Below, in pieces: positions 41,475 to 52,201 of a DNA stretch of 64,000 nucleotides; positions within the stretch are counted from its first letter, which is position 1, and every line of letters starts with the position of its first letter. A program made the translations under genes and the position numbers. Origin of the DNA: an uncultured Actinomycetota bacterium (GTDB taxonomy: Bacteria; Actinomycetota; Actinomycetes; JAHEKZ01); NCBI GenBank assembly GCA_963718235.1, contig CAVQYR010000002.1, positions 320,001 to 384,000 on the forward strand. Reading direction: 5' to 3'. A model generated the notes under the pieces. It made no database searches, was not told the origin of the DNA, and saw only the letters and a list, made by a program, of their open reading frames with translations.

Positions 41475-43038
41475 CGCGTACGAGTCGTCGGGACAGCACT
41501 GGTTGGTGCTGACTCTCGCTCTGCTCATGTCGTGGCTGGCCTGGCAGGACGGGGGCACCTCGCTCCAACCGGGTCCGACCGGCGTCGCTCTGGTCGTCCT
41601 GGCCGGGATCGCGCTGGTCACGACGATGCTGGCCGTGCGCGCCGTTCGGGTCGGGCAGTCCCTGGTCGAGACGATGGTCTGGGAGAGCGCCGTCTGCATC
41701 CTGGGAATCCTCACCCTGACCGGGCTGGTCGGCGTCTCCGGAGGGCTCACGTCCCCCACGGTGTTCGTCCTGCTGGTCTGGGCTCCCTACCTCGGGATGT
41801 CGGTGAGCCGCTGGTACACGGTGACCACCCTGGTCCTGCTCGTCGGCGGCCTGTTCGTCTCGGGCTGGCTGTCCGGCACCCTGACCGGGCACTGGCCGAC
41901 CGCCGTGGCCTACGGCGCCGCGCTCACGGCCGCGGTGCTGGTGACCTATCTCTACGCCTCGGACCTGTACCGCGAGCGTTTCGTCGCCGAGGAGCAGGAG
42001 CACGGGCTCCGGGAGCAGGTCGAGGCGCTCGCGAGCGCGCTGCAGCAGACCGCGCAGGGCAACCTCACGGTCTCGGCGCCCGACGTGGCGACGACCCACT
42101 CCGACGACGAGCTGCTGAACGAGCGGGCGCAGCAGATGGCTCTGCTGGCTGGGTCGTTTGATCACACGGTGGCGGCGTTGAGGGTGTTGGTGGGTCAGGT
42201 TCGGTCGGGTGGGGAGCAGATGGGGGCTGCGGCGGGTCAGGTGTTGGTGGCGGCTCAGGAGCAGGCGGTGTCTGCGGCGGAGCAGTCGTCTGCGGTGGCG
42301 CAGACGACGGCGACGATTGAGGAGTTGGCGGCGACGGCGGCTCAGATTGCTGAGACGTCGGAGTCGGTGGCGCGGTTCGCGTCGGAGACGTTGGGGTTTG
42401 CTGAGCAGGGTCGTTCGGCGGTGGCTGCGTCGGTGGCGGCGATGGACAGTATTGCGTCGCGGGTGGATTCGATTGCTTCTCGGGCTTTGGGGTTGGGGGA
42501 GAAGGGTCAGGAGATCGGTCGGATTCTGCAGGTGATTGATGAGTTGGCTGATCAGACGAACTTGTTGGCGTTGAATGCTGCGATTGAGGCGGCTCGTGCG
42601 GGTGAGCATGGGCGTGGGTTCGCGGTGGTGGCTTCTGAGGTTCGTAAGTTGGCGGAGCGTTCTCAGGAGTCCGCGGGTCAGATCCAGGCGATTGTGACTC
42701 AGATTCAGGCTGAGACGAATGCGACGATCTTGGCGTCTGAGGCTGGGGCCCGTGAGGTGCATCAGGGGGCGGGGTTGGCCCAAGACGTGGTGGTGGCGTT
42801 GGAGCGGATCTCCGGGATGGTGGATGAGACGACCACTGCGGCCAAGGAGATCAGTATTGCCACTCAGCAGCAGCGCAGTGCTTCTGACCAGGTGGTCTCG
42901 GCGATGACCCAGGTCTCTGATGTGTCTCGGCAGTACGCGGTGGGTTCCAAGCAGGCCGCGGCCGCGGCCGGTCAGCTGACCACGTTGGCTGCGGAGCTGC
43001 GGGCCTCGATCGCCCAGTTCAAGACCAACGACGGCTGA
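41458..43038 (+). CDS. Methyl-accepting chemotaxis protein 2
   Basis: Same signalling domain; GGGAG SD 7 nt before GTG 41458 (alternative start 41416). Confidence 0.93.
   Translation: MYTRRNAYESSGQHWLVLTLALLMSWLAWQDGGTSLQPGPTGVALVVLAGIALVTTMLAVRAVRVGQSLVETMVWESAVCILGILTLTGLVGVSGGLTSPTVFVLLVWAPYLGMSVSRWYTVTTLVLLVGGLFVSGWLSGTLTGHWPTAVAYGAALTAAVLVTYLYASDLYRERFVAEEQEHGLREQVEALASALQQTAQGNLTVSAPDVATTHSDDELLNERAQQMALLAGSFDHTVAALRVLVGQVRSGGEQMGAAAGQVLVAAQEQAVSAAEQSSAVAQTTATIEELAATAAQIAETSESVARFASETLGFAEQGRSAVAASVAAMDSIASRVDSIASRALGLGEKGQEIGRILQVIDELADQTNLLALNAAIEAARAGEHGRGFAVVASEVRKLAERSQESAGQIQAIVTQIQAETNATILASEAGAREVHQGAGLAQDVVVALERISGMVDETTTAAKEISIATQQQRSASDQVVSAMTQVSDVSRQYAVGSKQAAAAAGQLTTLAAELRASIAQFKTNDG
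42145..43031 (+). repeat. G/T-skewed signalling-domain cassette, copy 2
   Basis: Offset 1636 from copy 1; one difference seen by eye. Confidence 0.93.
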
Positions 43039-43189
43039 GTGCGGCGGGGCGGCGTCCACGTCCTCGGAGCCCCGACTCCGGAAGTCGGATGCCTGCCCGC
43101 AGGCGCCTGTCGAAGCGTGAACCCCGGGTCTGGCTCGTCTAGGCTGCCTCGAAGCTCGCTGAAGGCTCGAGCAGACCCTGGAGCAGTCC

Positions 43190-46100
43190 ATGTTCTCCCT
43201 GAGGTGGCGCGACGGCGCCCTGCGGGTCACCGCATGGGTCGCGTCGTCGTCGACGGCCGCACTGGCCGTCACGGGGCTGCTCGTCCTGGGGGCTCCCTCG
43301 GCGGGTGCAGCCGGGCTCTGTGCCACCCCCGGCGGCTCGGGGGCAGGCGGCACCCTCACCGGTGTGGTCAACACGTACTACCCCGGCACAGGGGTGGTCG
43401 CCGCTGGAGCGACGAGCATCAACGTGGGATCGGCGTCCGGGGCGGCGAACCCCATTGCGGCCGGTGACCTGTTGCTCGTCATCCAGATGCAGGCCGCCGA
43501 CTTCGACTCGACCAACACCAACGCGTACGGACACGGTCCTCCCGCGGTGGCGCCGGCGTCCGGCTACACCGGCCTCAACCAGGCCGGACGTTACGAGTAC
43601 GTGCGCGCGACATCCGGTGTCGTCGCGGGGTCGGTCGGTGTGAGTGGGCTCGGCCCCGGCGCCGGACTGGTCAACGACTACGTCTCCGCAGCCGCGACCG
43701 GCGTCAGCGGCCAGCGCACGTTCCAGGTCGTCCGGGTCCCGCAGTACACGACCGCGACGACCAGCTCGACGCTCACCGCCTCGCCGTGGAACGGGTCCGT
43801 CGGGGGAGTCCTGGCCGTCGACACGACCTCAACCCTCACCCTCAACGGGACCGTGAGTGTTGACGGTCTTGGCTTCCGCGGAGGGGCCGGGATCCAGCGC
43901 GGTGGTGCGGCCGGGTTGGCCAACACCGACGTGGTGACCAGTGCCACGCTCGCCGCCAACGGCAACAAGGCCGAAGGCATCGCCGGAACTCCGGTCGGGA
44001 CGAGCGCCGGCAACGGCTACCCGGGCGGAGATGCCGCGCGCGGGGCGCCGGGGAACGCAGGTGGTGGGGGCACCGACGGTCAGCCGTCGGCCAACGACCA
44101 GAACTCAGGTGGTGGCGGCGGGGGCAACGGCGGAGCCGGCGGCCAAGGGGGCAACACCTGGTCGTCCAACCTGCCCCGTGGCGGATACGGCGGGGTGGCC
44201 CTGCCGGCCGGTGCGAGCCGAGCCTTCCTCGGTGGTGGCGGTGGTGCCGGTACCTCGAACAACTTCCCGCCACCAGCGGCCAACGGGGCCGCAGGGGGCG
44301 GCATCGTGATGATCCGCGCCGGGTCGGTGGGCGGTGCGGGCACGATCTCGGCCAACGGCGCGGACGCGTACAACCTCACCGCCAACGACGGCGCAGGTGG
44401 GGGCGGCGCCGGGGGGACGGTCATGCTGACCTCGCCGAGCAGCTCGCTCGCCGGGGCGACGTTGAGGGCGAACGGTGGCCGCGGTGGCAACGCGTGGGCC
44501 ACCCAGGCCGGGGCCGGGAGTGCGCACGGTCCTGGTGGCGGCGGCGGTGGTGGCTGGGTCCTCACCTCGAGCCCGCCCACCTCCGCCAGCGTCACGGGCG
44601 GGGCGAACGGCATCACCACCACCGGCAACCTCCCCTACAACGCCACGCCCGGTGGCGCCGGGCAGACGGCCACGGTGGCCCCGTCGTCGATCCCCGGAGT
44701 CAGTGGTGGCGCTGAGTGCGCCGACCTGTCGGTGACGAAGTCGGGTCCGGGGTCGGTGTCGGCGGGTGGGGCGGTCAGCTATGACCTGACGGTGGCCAAT
44801 GCTGGTCCGTCGGATGCGGTGGCGGTGTCGGTGGTGGACACGTTGCCGGCTGGGGTGTCGTTCGTGTCGGTGTCGGCGGGTGGGGCGTGGTCGTGCTCGA
44901 ACGCGGGGGACGTGTCGGTGACGTGTACTCGGCCGTTGTGGGCGGCGGGGTCACCGCCGGAGACGATCACGGTCGTGGTGACCGCTCCGGCCCAGGCGAG
45001 CACGCTGGTCAACAGCGTGTCCGTGTCGGCGACGACGCCCGACCCCGACCCGACGAACAACACCGCAACAGCTACCACCGACGTGACTCCGCTCGCCGAC
45101 CTCTCGGTCCTGAAGTCGGGTCCGGTCACCGTTCTGGCGGGTGGGACGGTCAGCTATGACCTGACGGTGGCCAATGCTGGTCCGTCGGATGCGGTGGCGG
45201 TGTCGGTGGTGGACACGTTGCCGGCTGGGGTGTCGTTCGTGTCGGTGTCGGCGGGTGGGGCGTGGTCGTGCTCGAACGCGGGGGACGTGTCGGTGACGTG
45301 TACTCGGCCGTTGTGGGCGGCGGGGTCACCGCCGGAGACGATCACGGTGGTGGTCACTGCTCCGGCCCAGGCTGGGTCGTTGACGAACACGGTGTCGGTG
45401 TCCTCGACCACCTCAGACCCCGATCTGACCAACAACACCGACTCGACCACCACCGGGGTGGCTGGTTCGGCTGACTTGTCGGTGACTAAGTCGGGTCCGG
45501 GGTCGGTGTCGGCGGGTGGGACGGTCAGCTATGACCTGACGGTGGCCAATGCTGGTCCGTCGGATGCGGTGGCGGTGTCGGTGGTGGACACGTTGCCGGC
45601 TGGGGTGTCGTTCGTGTCGGTGTCGGCGGGTGGGGCGTGGTCGTGCTCGAACGCGGGGGACGTGTCGGTGACGTGTACTCGGCCGTTGTTCGCCGCGGGT
45701 GCCCCGGCGTCGGTGATCACGGTGGTGGTCACGGCTCCGGCTTCGGCTACGACGTTGACCAACTCGGTGTCGGTGGCGTCCACGACGGCTGACCCGGACT
45801 CGACGAACAACTCTGACTCGGTGGACACCACGGTGACGGCGTCGGCTGACTTGTCGGTGACTAAGTCGGGTCCGGGGTCGGTGTCGGCGGGTGGGACGGT
45901 CAGCTATGACCTGACGGTGGCCAATGCTGGTCCGTCGGATGCGGTGGCGGTGTCGGTGGTGGACACGTTGCCGGCTGGGGTGTCGTTCGTGTCGGTGTCG
46001 GCGGGTGGGGCGTGGTCGTGCTCGAACGCGGGGGACGTGTCGGTGACGTGTACTCGGCCGTTGTTCGCCGCGGGTGCCCCGGCGTCGGTGATCACGGTGG

Positions 46101-48601
46101 TGGTCACGGCTCCGGCTTCGGCTACGACGTTGACCAACTCGGTGTCGGTGGCGTCCACGACGGCTGACCCGGACTCGACGAACAACTCTGACTCGGTGGA
46201 CACCACGGTGACGGCGTCGGCTGACTTGTCGGTGACTAAGTCGGGTCCGGGGTCGGTGTCGGCGGGTGGGACGGTCAGCTATGACCTGACGGTGGCCAAT
46301 GCTGGTCCGTCGGATGCGGTGGCGGTGTCGGTGGTGGACACGTTGCCGGCTGGGGTGTCGTTCGTGTCGGTGTCGGCGGGTGGGGCGTGGTCGTGCTCGA
46401 ACGCGGGGGACGTGTCGGTGACGTGTACTCGGCCGTTGTGGGCGGCGGGGTCACCGCCGGAGACGATCACGGTGGTGGTGACTGCTCCGGCCCAGGCTGG
46501 GTCGTTGACGAACACGGTGTCGGTGTCCTCGACCACCTCAGACCCCGATCTGACCAACAACACCGACTCGACCACCACCGGGGTGGCTGGTTCGGCTGAC
46601 TTGTCGGTGACTAAGTCGGGTCCGGGGTCGGTGTCGGCGGGTGGGGCGGTCAGCTATGACCTGACGGTGGCCAATGCTGGTCCGTCGGATGCGGTGGCGG
46701 TGTCGGTGGTGGACACGTTGCCGGCTGGGGTGTCGTTCGTGTCGGTGTCGGCGGGTGGGGCGTGGTCGTGCTCGAACGCGGGGGACGTGTCGGTGACGTG
46801 TACTCGGCCGTTGTTCGCCGCGGGTGCCCCGGCGTCGGTGATCACGGTGGTGGTCACGGCTCCGGCTTCGGCTACGACGTTGACCAACTCGGTGTCGGTG
46901 GCGTCCACGACGGCTGACCCGGACTCGACGAACAACTCTGACTCGGTGGACACCACGGTGACGGCGTCGGCTGACTTGTCGGTGACTAAGTCGGGTCCGG
47001 GGTCGGTGTCGGCGGGTGGGGCGGTCAGCTATGACCTGACGGTGGCCAATGCTGGTCCGTCGGATGCGGTGGCGGTGTCGGTGGTGGACACGTTGCCGGC
47101 TGGGGTGTCGTTCGTGTCGGTGTCGGCGGGTGGGGCGTGGTCGTGCTCGAACGCGGGGGACGTGTCGGTGACGTGTACTCGGCCGTTGTTCGCCGCGGGT
47201 GCCCCGGCGTCGGTGATCACGGTGGTGGTCACGGCTCCGGCTTCGGCTACGACGTTGACCAACTCGGTGTCGGTGGCGTCCACGACGGCTGACCCGGACT
47301 CGACGAACAACTCTGACTCGGTGGACACCACGGTGACGGCGTCGGCTGACTTGTCGGTGACTAAGTCGGGGCCGGGGTCGGTGTCGGCGGGTGGGACGGT
47401 CAGCTATGACCTGACGGTGGCCAATGCTGGTCCGTCGGATGCGGTGGCGGTGTCGGTGGTGGACACGTTGCCGGCTGGGGTGTCGTTCGTGTCGGTGTCG
47501 GCGGGTGGGGCGTGGTCGTGCTCGAACGCGGGGGACGTGTCGGTGACGTGTACTCGGCCGTTGTGGGCGGCGGGGTCACCGCCGGAGACGATCACGGTGG
47601 TGGTGACTGCTCCGGCCCAGGCTGGGTCGTTGACGAACACGGTGTCGGTGTCCTCGACCACCTCAGACCCCGATCTGACCAACAACACCGACTCGACCAC
47701 CACCGGGGTCGGGGACTCCGCCGACCTGACCATCACCAAGACCGGCCCGGCCACGGTCAGGGCCGGTGGCAGCATCGAGTACGGGCTGCAGGTGCGGAAC
47801 CTCGGTCCGTCGGCCGCTGACTCGGTCGTGGTGACCGACACCCTTCCCGGCGGCGTGGTCTTCGGGTCCGCCTCGGGCATGGGCTGGTCGTGTGGCCACA
47901 GCGGGAATGTGTCAGTCACCTGCACCCGCCTGGCCCTGGGGCCTGGGGTGCAGGCCCCGGAGATCTCCGTGGTGGTGTCCGCACCCGGTCGGGCGAGCAC
48001 CCTTCGGAACGTGGCGTCGGTGGGGTCGGCCACCCCGGACCCTGACCCGACGAACGACACGGACTCGGCTCGGACCCGGGTCTCCGCGGCCGCAGACCTC
48101 TCCCTGGTCAAGGTCGGCCCCGCCCGCACCTCGGTCGGTGCGACCATCGCCTACCGACTGGTCGTCACCAACGCCGGCCCCGACCCGGCGGTCGGGGTCA
48201 GGGTCACCGACCGGCTGCCGTCCGGTGCGACGTTCAGATCCGCGGCCGGGCCAGGGTGGTCGTGCAGCGCCACCGCGGCGCACCGGGTCGTATGCGACCG
48301 GGCGCGGTTGGCCGACGGCGCGAGCGCCCCCGCGATCACCGTCTCGGTCACGGCGCCCGCGTCACCGGTCGACCTGGTCAACACCGCTGGGGTGACGGCG
48401 GACACCTACGACCCCGTCGATGACAACAACGCTGCCTCTGCAGCCACCTCGGTGCTGGCGCACTTCGGAGGTTCGGGGGGCGAGCTCCCGCGCACGGGGG
48501 GCGGGGATCTGCGCCTGCTGACCCTGCTGGGGGTCGTTCTCCTCGCGTGTGGCACCGCCTTGTCCAGTGCCTTGCCCTCCCGGTCGCGGCGGGCCGGTTG
48601 A
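43190..48601 (+). CDS. Large cell-wall-anchored adhesin-like protein: Gly-rich N-domain, 10 DUF11-type repeats, LPRTG sortase signal
   Basis: Signal peptide; ADLSVTKSGP...YDLTVANAGPSDA...VVDTLP...DPD..NN repeats; LPRTG + hydrophobic segment + RSRR tail. Confidence 0.9.
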   Translation: MFSLRWRDGALRVTAWVASSSTAALAVTGLLVLGAPSAGAAGLCATPGGSGAGGTLTGVVNTYYPGTGVVAAGATSINVGSASGAANPIAAGDLLLVIQMQAADFDSTNTNAYGHGPPAVAPASGYTGLNQAGRYEYVRATSGVVAGSVGVSGLGPGAGLVNDYVSAAATGVSGQRTFQVVRVPQYTTATTSSTLTASPWNGSVGGVLAVDTTSTLTLNGTVSVDGLGFRGGAGIQRGGAAGLANTDVVTSATLAANGNKAEGIAGTPVGTSAGNGYPGGDAARGAPGNAGGGGTDGQPSANDQNSGGGGGGNGGAGGQGGNTWSSNLPRGGYGGVALPAGASRAFLGGGGGAGTSNNFPPPAANGAAGGGIVMIRAGSVGGAGTISANGADAYNLTANDGAGGGGAGGTVMLTSPSSSLAGATLRANGGRGGNAWATQAGAGSAHGPGGGGGGGWVLTSSPPTSASVTGGANGITTTGNLPYNATPGGAGQTATVAPSSIPGVSGGAECADLSVTKSGPGSVSAGGAVSYDLTVANAGPSDAVAVSVVDTLPAGVSFVSVSAGGAWSCSNAGDVSVTCTRPLWAAGSPPETITVVVTAPAQASTLVNSVSVSATTPDPDPTNNTATATTDVTPLADLSVLKSGPVTVLAGGTVSYDLTVANAGPSDAVAVSVVDTLPAGVSFVSVSAGGAWSCSNAGDVSVTCTRPLWAAGSPPETITVVVTAPAQAGSLTNTVSVSSTTSDPDLTNNTDSTTTGVAGSADLSVTKSGPGSVSAGGTVSYDLTVANAGPSDAVAVSVVDTLPAGVSFVSVSAGGAWSCSNAGDVSVTCTRPLFAAGAPASVITVVVTAPASATTLTNSVSVASTTADPDSTNNSDSVDTTVTASADLSVTKSGPGSVSAGGTVSYDLTVANAGPSDAVAVSVVDTLPAGVSFVSVSAGGAWSCSNAGDVSVTCTRPLFAAGAPASVITVVVTAPASATTLTNSVSVASTTADPDSTNNSDSVDTTVTASADLSVTKSGPGSVSAGGTVSYDLTVANAGPSDAVAVSVVDTLPAGVSFVSVSAGGAWSCSNAGDVSVTCTRPLWAAGSPPETITVVVTAPAQAGSLTNTVSVSSTTSDPDLTNNTDSTTTGVAGSADLSVTKSGPGSVSAGGAVSYDLTVANAGPSDAVAVSVVDTLPAGVSFVSVSAGGAWSCSNAGDVSVTCTRPLFAAGAPASVITVVVTAPASATTLTNSVSVASTTADPDSTNNSDSVDTTVTASADLSVTKSGPGSVSAGGAVSYDLTVANAGPSDAVAVSVVDTLPAGVSFVSVSAGGAWSCSNAGDVSVTCTRPLFAAGAPASVITVVVTAPASATTLTNSVSVASTTADPDSTNNSDSVDTTVTASADLSVTKSGPGSVSAGGTVSYDLTVANAGPSDAVAVSVVDTLPAGVSFVSVSAGGAWSCSNAGDVSVTCTRPLWAAGSPPETITVVVTAPAQAGSLTNTVSVSSTTSDPDLTNNTDSTTTGVGDSADLTITKTGPATVRAGGSIEYGLQVRNLGPSAADSVVVTDTLPGGVVFGSASGMGWSCGHSGNVSVTCTRLALGPGVQAPEISVVVSAPGRASTLRNVASVGSATPDPDPTNDTDSARTRVSAAADLSLVKVGPARTSVGATIAYRLVVTNAGPDPAVGVRVTDRLPSGATFRSAAGPGWSCSATAAHRVVCDRARLADGASAPAITVSVTAPASPVDLVNTAGVTADTYDPVDDNNAASAATSVLAHFGGSGGELPRTGGGDLRLLTLLGVVLLACGTALSSALPSRSRRAG
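44720..47719 (+). repeat. 8 x 375-bp tandem G/T-skewed repeats (DUF11 units); two diverged units follow to ~48460
   Basis: Units start at 44720 + 375n; variant order A' A B B A B B A. Confidence 0.95.
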
Positions 48602-48614
48602 CCGACCGGCACTA

Positions 48615-48652
48615 GGCCGAACGGGCTACAGGTCGCCCGCGCTCCCGCCGAT
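48615..48652 (+). promoter_or_regulatory. GGCCGAACGGGC box + TACA-N16-GCCGAT sigma28-like promoter before MCP3
   Basis: TACA 48627-48630, GCCGAT 48647-48652. Confidence 0.65.
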
Positions 48653-48709
48653 CCTCCGGGGAGGCCTCGGCGTGCGTCGAGGTTCCACGGCAAGGAGTGG
48701 AGCGGGATC

Positions 48710-50359
48710 GTGAGCGTGACTGACATCGAGGCGAGCTCGCCGGTCGACGTTGCGCTGTGCTTCACCCGTCGCAACGCGGTCGAGACCGTCTCCCTGCACT
48801 GGGGCCTGGTCGCGCTCGCCGGATCGCTGGGTGTGCTCTGGTCCTGGGCGGCCGAGAGCGCGCTGCCCCTGATGGTCGTCGGCGGCCTTGCGGTCCAGCT
48901 GCTCACAGCCATCGCGGTCACGTGGCTCGCGGTCGACGCGGTCCGGTCGACCGCCACCTTCGACAGTACCGACCGGTGGGACGGTCCGACCGCGGTCGTG
49001 CCGGCCGTGGCGATCGTCATCGAGACCGTGGGCACCGGCGGAGCGACCAGCCCGCTCTGGCTGGCCCTCGTGGTCTCCGTCGTCTACCTGGGGACTGCGC
49101 TGGTCTACGAGCTGCGGTACTTCGTCGCAGCCGGACTGGTCGCCGCTCCCTGGCTGTCGACGATCGCCGTCGGTGAACCCACCCGGATGAGCTGGGTCTT
49201 CGCCGCAGGTCTCAGCGTGAGCCTGCCGGCGGTCTACCTCGTGGTCCGGGGTGCGTCTCGGGCCCTGTACGACGAGGCGGAGCGGATCGGGCTGAGTCAG
49301 GCCGAGCTCGACCGGCAGGTCCGCGAGCTGTCCGGAGCACTCGGACGGGCCGCCAAGGGCGACCTGGTCACCGATGTCGCTCGGGTGGCGGGAATGCATG
49401 CTGAGGGACTCGGGACCAGTGCGCTCGCCCAGCTGTCCGACGCCTTCAACGAGACGCTCGGTGCCCTGCGTGACCTGGTGGGTCAGATCCGTTCGGGTGG
49501 CGACCAGCTCGGCGCGTCGGCTACCCAGCTCGTCTCGACGGCTCAGGAGCAGGCGGTGTCTGCGGCGGAGCAGTCGTCTGCGGTGGCGCAGACGACGGCG
49601 ACGATTGAGGAGTTGGCGGCGACGGCGGCTCAGATTGCTGAGACGTCGGAGTCGGTGGCGCGGTTCGCGTCGGAGACGTTGGGGTTTGCTGAGCAGGGTC
49701 GTTCGGCGGTGGCTGCGTCGGTGGCGGCGATGGACAGTATTGCGTCGCGGGTGGATTCGATTGCTTCTCGGGCTTTGGGGTTGGGGGAGAAGGGTCAGGA
49801 GATCGGTCGGATTCTGCAGGTGATTGATGAGTTGGCTGATCAGACGAACTTGTTGGCGTTGAATGCTGCGATCGAGGCGGCTCGTGCGGGTGAGCATGGG
49901 CGTGGGTTCGCGGTGGTGGCTTCTGAGGTTCGTAAGTTGGCGGAGCGTTCTCAGGAGTCCGCGGGTCAGATCCAGGCGATTGTGACTCAGATTCAGGCTG
50001 AGACGAATGCGACGATCTTGGCGTCTGAGGCTGGGGCCCGTGAGGTGCATCAGGGGGCGGGGTTGGCCCAAGACGTGGTGGTGGCGTTGGAGCGGATCTC
50101 CGGGATGGTGGATGAGACGACCACTGCGGCCAAGGAGATCAGTATTGCCACTCAGCAGCAGCGCAGTGCTTCTGACCAGGTGGTCTCGGCGATGACCCAG
50201 GTCTCTGATGTGTCTCGGCAGTACGCGGTGGGTTCCAAGCAGGCCGCGGCCGCGGCCGGTCAGCTGAACTCCCTGGCGATCCACCTGAGCGCTGCGATCG
50301 CCCAGTTCAAGACCGACCGCAACGGGGGTTCGCACACCCCCGCGGACCTCGATCGCTAG
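48710..50359 (+). CDS. Methyl-accepting chemotaxis protein 3
   Basis: Multi-TM sensor plus the same MCP hairpin. Confidence 0.95.
   Translation: MSVTDIEASSPVDVALCFTRRNAVETVSLHWGLVALAGSLGVLWSWAAESALPLMVVGGLAVQLLTAIAVTWLAVDAVRSTATFDSTDRWDGPTAVVPAVAIVIETVGTGGATSPLWLALVVSVVYLGTALVYELRYFVAAGLVAAPWLSTIAVGEPTRMSWVFAAGLSVSLPAVYLVVRGASRALYDEAERIGLSQAELDRQVRELSGALGRAAKGDLVTDVARVAGMHAEGLGTSALAQLSDAFNETLGALRDLVGQIRSGGDQLGASATQLVSTAQEQAVSAAEQSSAVAQTTATIEELAATAAQIAETSESVARFASETLGFAEQGRSAVAASVAAMDSIASRVDSIASRALGLGEKGQEIGRILQVIDELADQTNLLALNAAIEAARAGEHGRGFAVVASEVRKLAERSQESAGQIQAIVTQIQAETNATILASEAGAREVHQGAGLAQDVVVALERISGMVDETTTAAKEISIATQQQRSASDQVVSAMTQVSDVSRQYAVGSKQAAAAAGQLNSLAIHLSAAIAQFKTDRNGGSHTPADLDR
49539..50267 (+). 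repeat. G/T-skewed signalling-domain cassette, copy 3 (729 bp)
   Basis: Matches 40615-41343. Confidence 0.92.
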
Positions 50360-50396
50360 GCCGATCGGGCTACAGCAGTGCGCCCGGGCTTCCGAT
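50359..50396 (+). promoter_or_regulatory. GGCCGATCGGGC box + TACA-N16-TCCGAT sigma28-like promoter before MCP4
   Basis: TACA 50371-50374, TCCGAT 50391-50396. Confidence 0.62.
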
Positions 50397-50452
50397 GACG
50401 TCGAGAAGGCGTCGTTCGACGTCTGCGGTCTCCGGCCGAGGAGGGATGAGCG

Positions 50453-52201
50453 GTGCCCAGCCACGAGCAGACCACCGCTGCCCCCGACGCGGCCCCACAG
50501 CTGACTGCTGCCGAGCTGCTCGAGGCCATCGACCGGAGCAAGACGGGCGGCGCCTCACTTCCCTTCACCCAGCGCAACCTGGTCGAGACGACGGTGCTGC
50601 ACTGGGGACTCACCGCCTTCGCGGGCGCGATCGTCGTGCTCTGGTCGCAAGCGATGCGAACGACCGTGGACCCCCTGCTGTGGGTGACCCTGGGACTGCA
50701 GGTCCTGATCGCCGTCGTGGCGACTGGCCTCGCCGTGCACGCTCGTCGGGCCCGGCTGACGTATGAGTCGACCGACGCGTGGGACGGGCTCACCGGGGCA
50801 CTCCAGGTCGCAGCCGCTGCCGCCGGAACGATCTGGACCGGCGGCGTGACCAGCCCGCTGTGGATCGCCGTCATCGTGGGCTCGGGCTACCTCGCCACCG
50901 TGCTCGTCTACGCCAGCGGCTGGGTCATGGTCGGACTGCTGGCGGTCGCCGCTCCCCTGAGCGGCTACCTGTCCGGCACCCTCGACCCCGACGTCGTGCC
51001 CGCCGCCGTACCGGTGACCTTCGCGCTGACCCTCGGCATGCCCGCCCTGTACGTGGTCGTGCGTGGGACGTCGCGGGCGCTCTACGACGCGGCGGAGGGG
51101 GTCGGCTGGGACCAGGCGCTCCTGACCGCCCAGGTGCGGGAGATGGCGCTCGCCCTCGACCGGGCCTCGGCAGGCGACCTCTCGGTGCGGACCACCCTCG
51201 TCGCCTCCGACCTGCAGTCGAGAGGCGATGAGACCACCGGCCATGTCGTGGCCCTGGCATCGACGTTCGACCACACGCTCGAGTCCCTTCGACGCCTGGT
51301 GGGTCAGGTTCGGTCGGGTGGGGAGCAGATGGGGGCTGCGGCGGGTCAGGTGTTGGTGGCGGCTCAGGAGCAGGCGGTGTCGGCGGCGGAGCAGTCGTCT
51401 GCGGTGGCGCAGACGACGGCGACGATTGAGGAGTTGGCGGCGACGGCGGCTCAGATTGCTGAGACGTCGGAGTCGGTGGCGCGGTTCGCGTCGGAGACGT
51501 TGGGGTTTGCTGAGCAGGGTCGTTCGGCGGTGGCTGCGTCGGTGGCGGCGATGGACAGTATTGCGTCGCGGGTGGATTCGATTGCTTCTCGGGCTTTGGG
51601 GTTGGGGGAGAAGGGTCAGGAGATCGGTCGGATTCTGCAGGTGATTGATGAGTTGGCTGATCAGACGAACTTGTTGGCGTTGAATGCTGCGATCGAGGCG
51701 GCTCGTGCGGGTGAGCATGGGCGTGGGTTCGCGGTGGTGGCTTCTGAGGTTCGTAAGTTGGCGGAGCGTTCTCAGGAGTCCGCGGGTCAGATCCAGGCGA
51801 TTGTGACTCAGATTCAGGCTGAGACGAATGCGACGATCTTGGCGTCTGAGGCTGGGGCCCGTGAGGTGCATCAGGGGGCGGGGTTGGCCCAAGACGTGGT
51901 GGTGGCGTTGGAGCGGATCTCCGGGATGGTGGATGAGACGACCACTGCGGCCAAGGAGATCAGTATTGCCACTCAGCAGCAGCGCAGTGCTTCTGACCAG
52001 GTGGTCTCGGCGATGACCCAGGTCTCTGATGTGTCTCGGCAGTACGCGGTGGGTTCCAAGCAGGCCGCGGCCGCGGCCGGTCAGCTGACCACGTTGGCCG
52101 CGGAGCTGCGGGCCTCGATCGCCCAGTTCAAGACCAACGACACAGCGGACCGATCACCTGACCGCAAGGTCGCGTCGAGCGGACTGGAGGCGCGCGCATG
52201 A
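50453..52201 (+). CDS. Methyl-accepting chemotaxis protein 4
   Basis: Multi-TM sensor plus the same MCP hairpin; ATGA overlap with cheA. Confidence 0.95.
   Translation: MPSHEQTTAAPDAAPQLTAAELLEAIDRSKTGGASLPFTQRNLVETTVLHWGLTAFAGAIVVLWSQAMRTTVDPLLWVTLGLQVLIAVVATGLAVHARRARLTYESTDAWDGLTGALQVAAAAAGTIWTGGVTSPLWIAVIVGSGYLATVLVYASGWVMVGLLAVAAPLSGYLSGTLDPDVVPAAVPVTFALTLGMPALYVVVRGTSRALYDAAEGVGWDQALLTAQVREMALALDRASAGDLSVRTTLVASDLQSRGDETTGHVVALASTFDHTLESLRRLVGQVRSGGEQMGAAAGQVLVAAQEQAVSAAEQSSAVAQTTATIEELAATAAQIAETSESVARFASETLGFAEQGRSAVAASVAAMDSIASRVDSIASRALGLGEKGQEIGRILQVIDELADQTNLLALNAAIEAARAGEHGRGFAVVASEVRKLAERSQESAGQIQAIVTQIQAETNATILASEAGAREVHQGAGLAQDVVVALERISGMVDETTTAAKEISIATQQQRSASDQVVSAMTQVSDVSRQYAVGSKQAAAAAGQLTTLAAELRASIAQFKTNDTADRSPDRKVASSGLEARA
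51297..52140 (+). repeat. G/T-skewed signalling-domain cassette, copy 4 (844 bp)
   Basis: Matches 40552-41395. Confidence 0.92.

Noticed and set aside
12624-47719. Tandem repeats as CRISPR arrays or DGR template/variable repeats
   Set aside because: All are in-frame coding repeats without unique spacers; no cas or reverse-transcriptase gene; differences are not adenine-specific.
39408-51892. Long antisense ORFs and Arg/Trp-rich ORFs over the MCP genes
   Set aside because: Shadow frames of the skewed repeats; they recur identically with each cassette.
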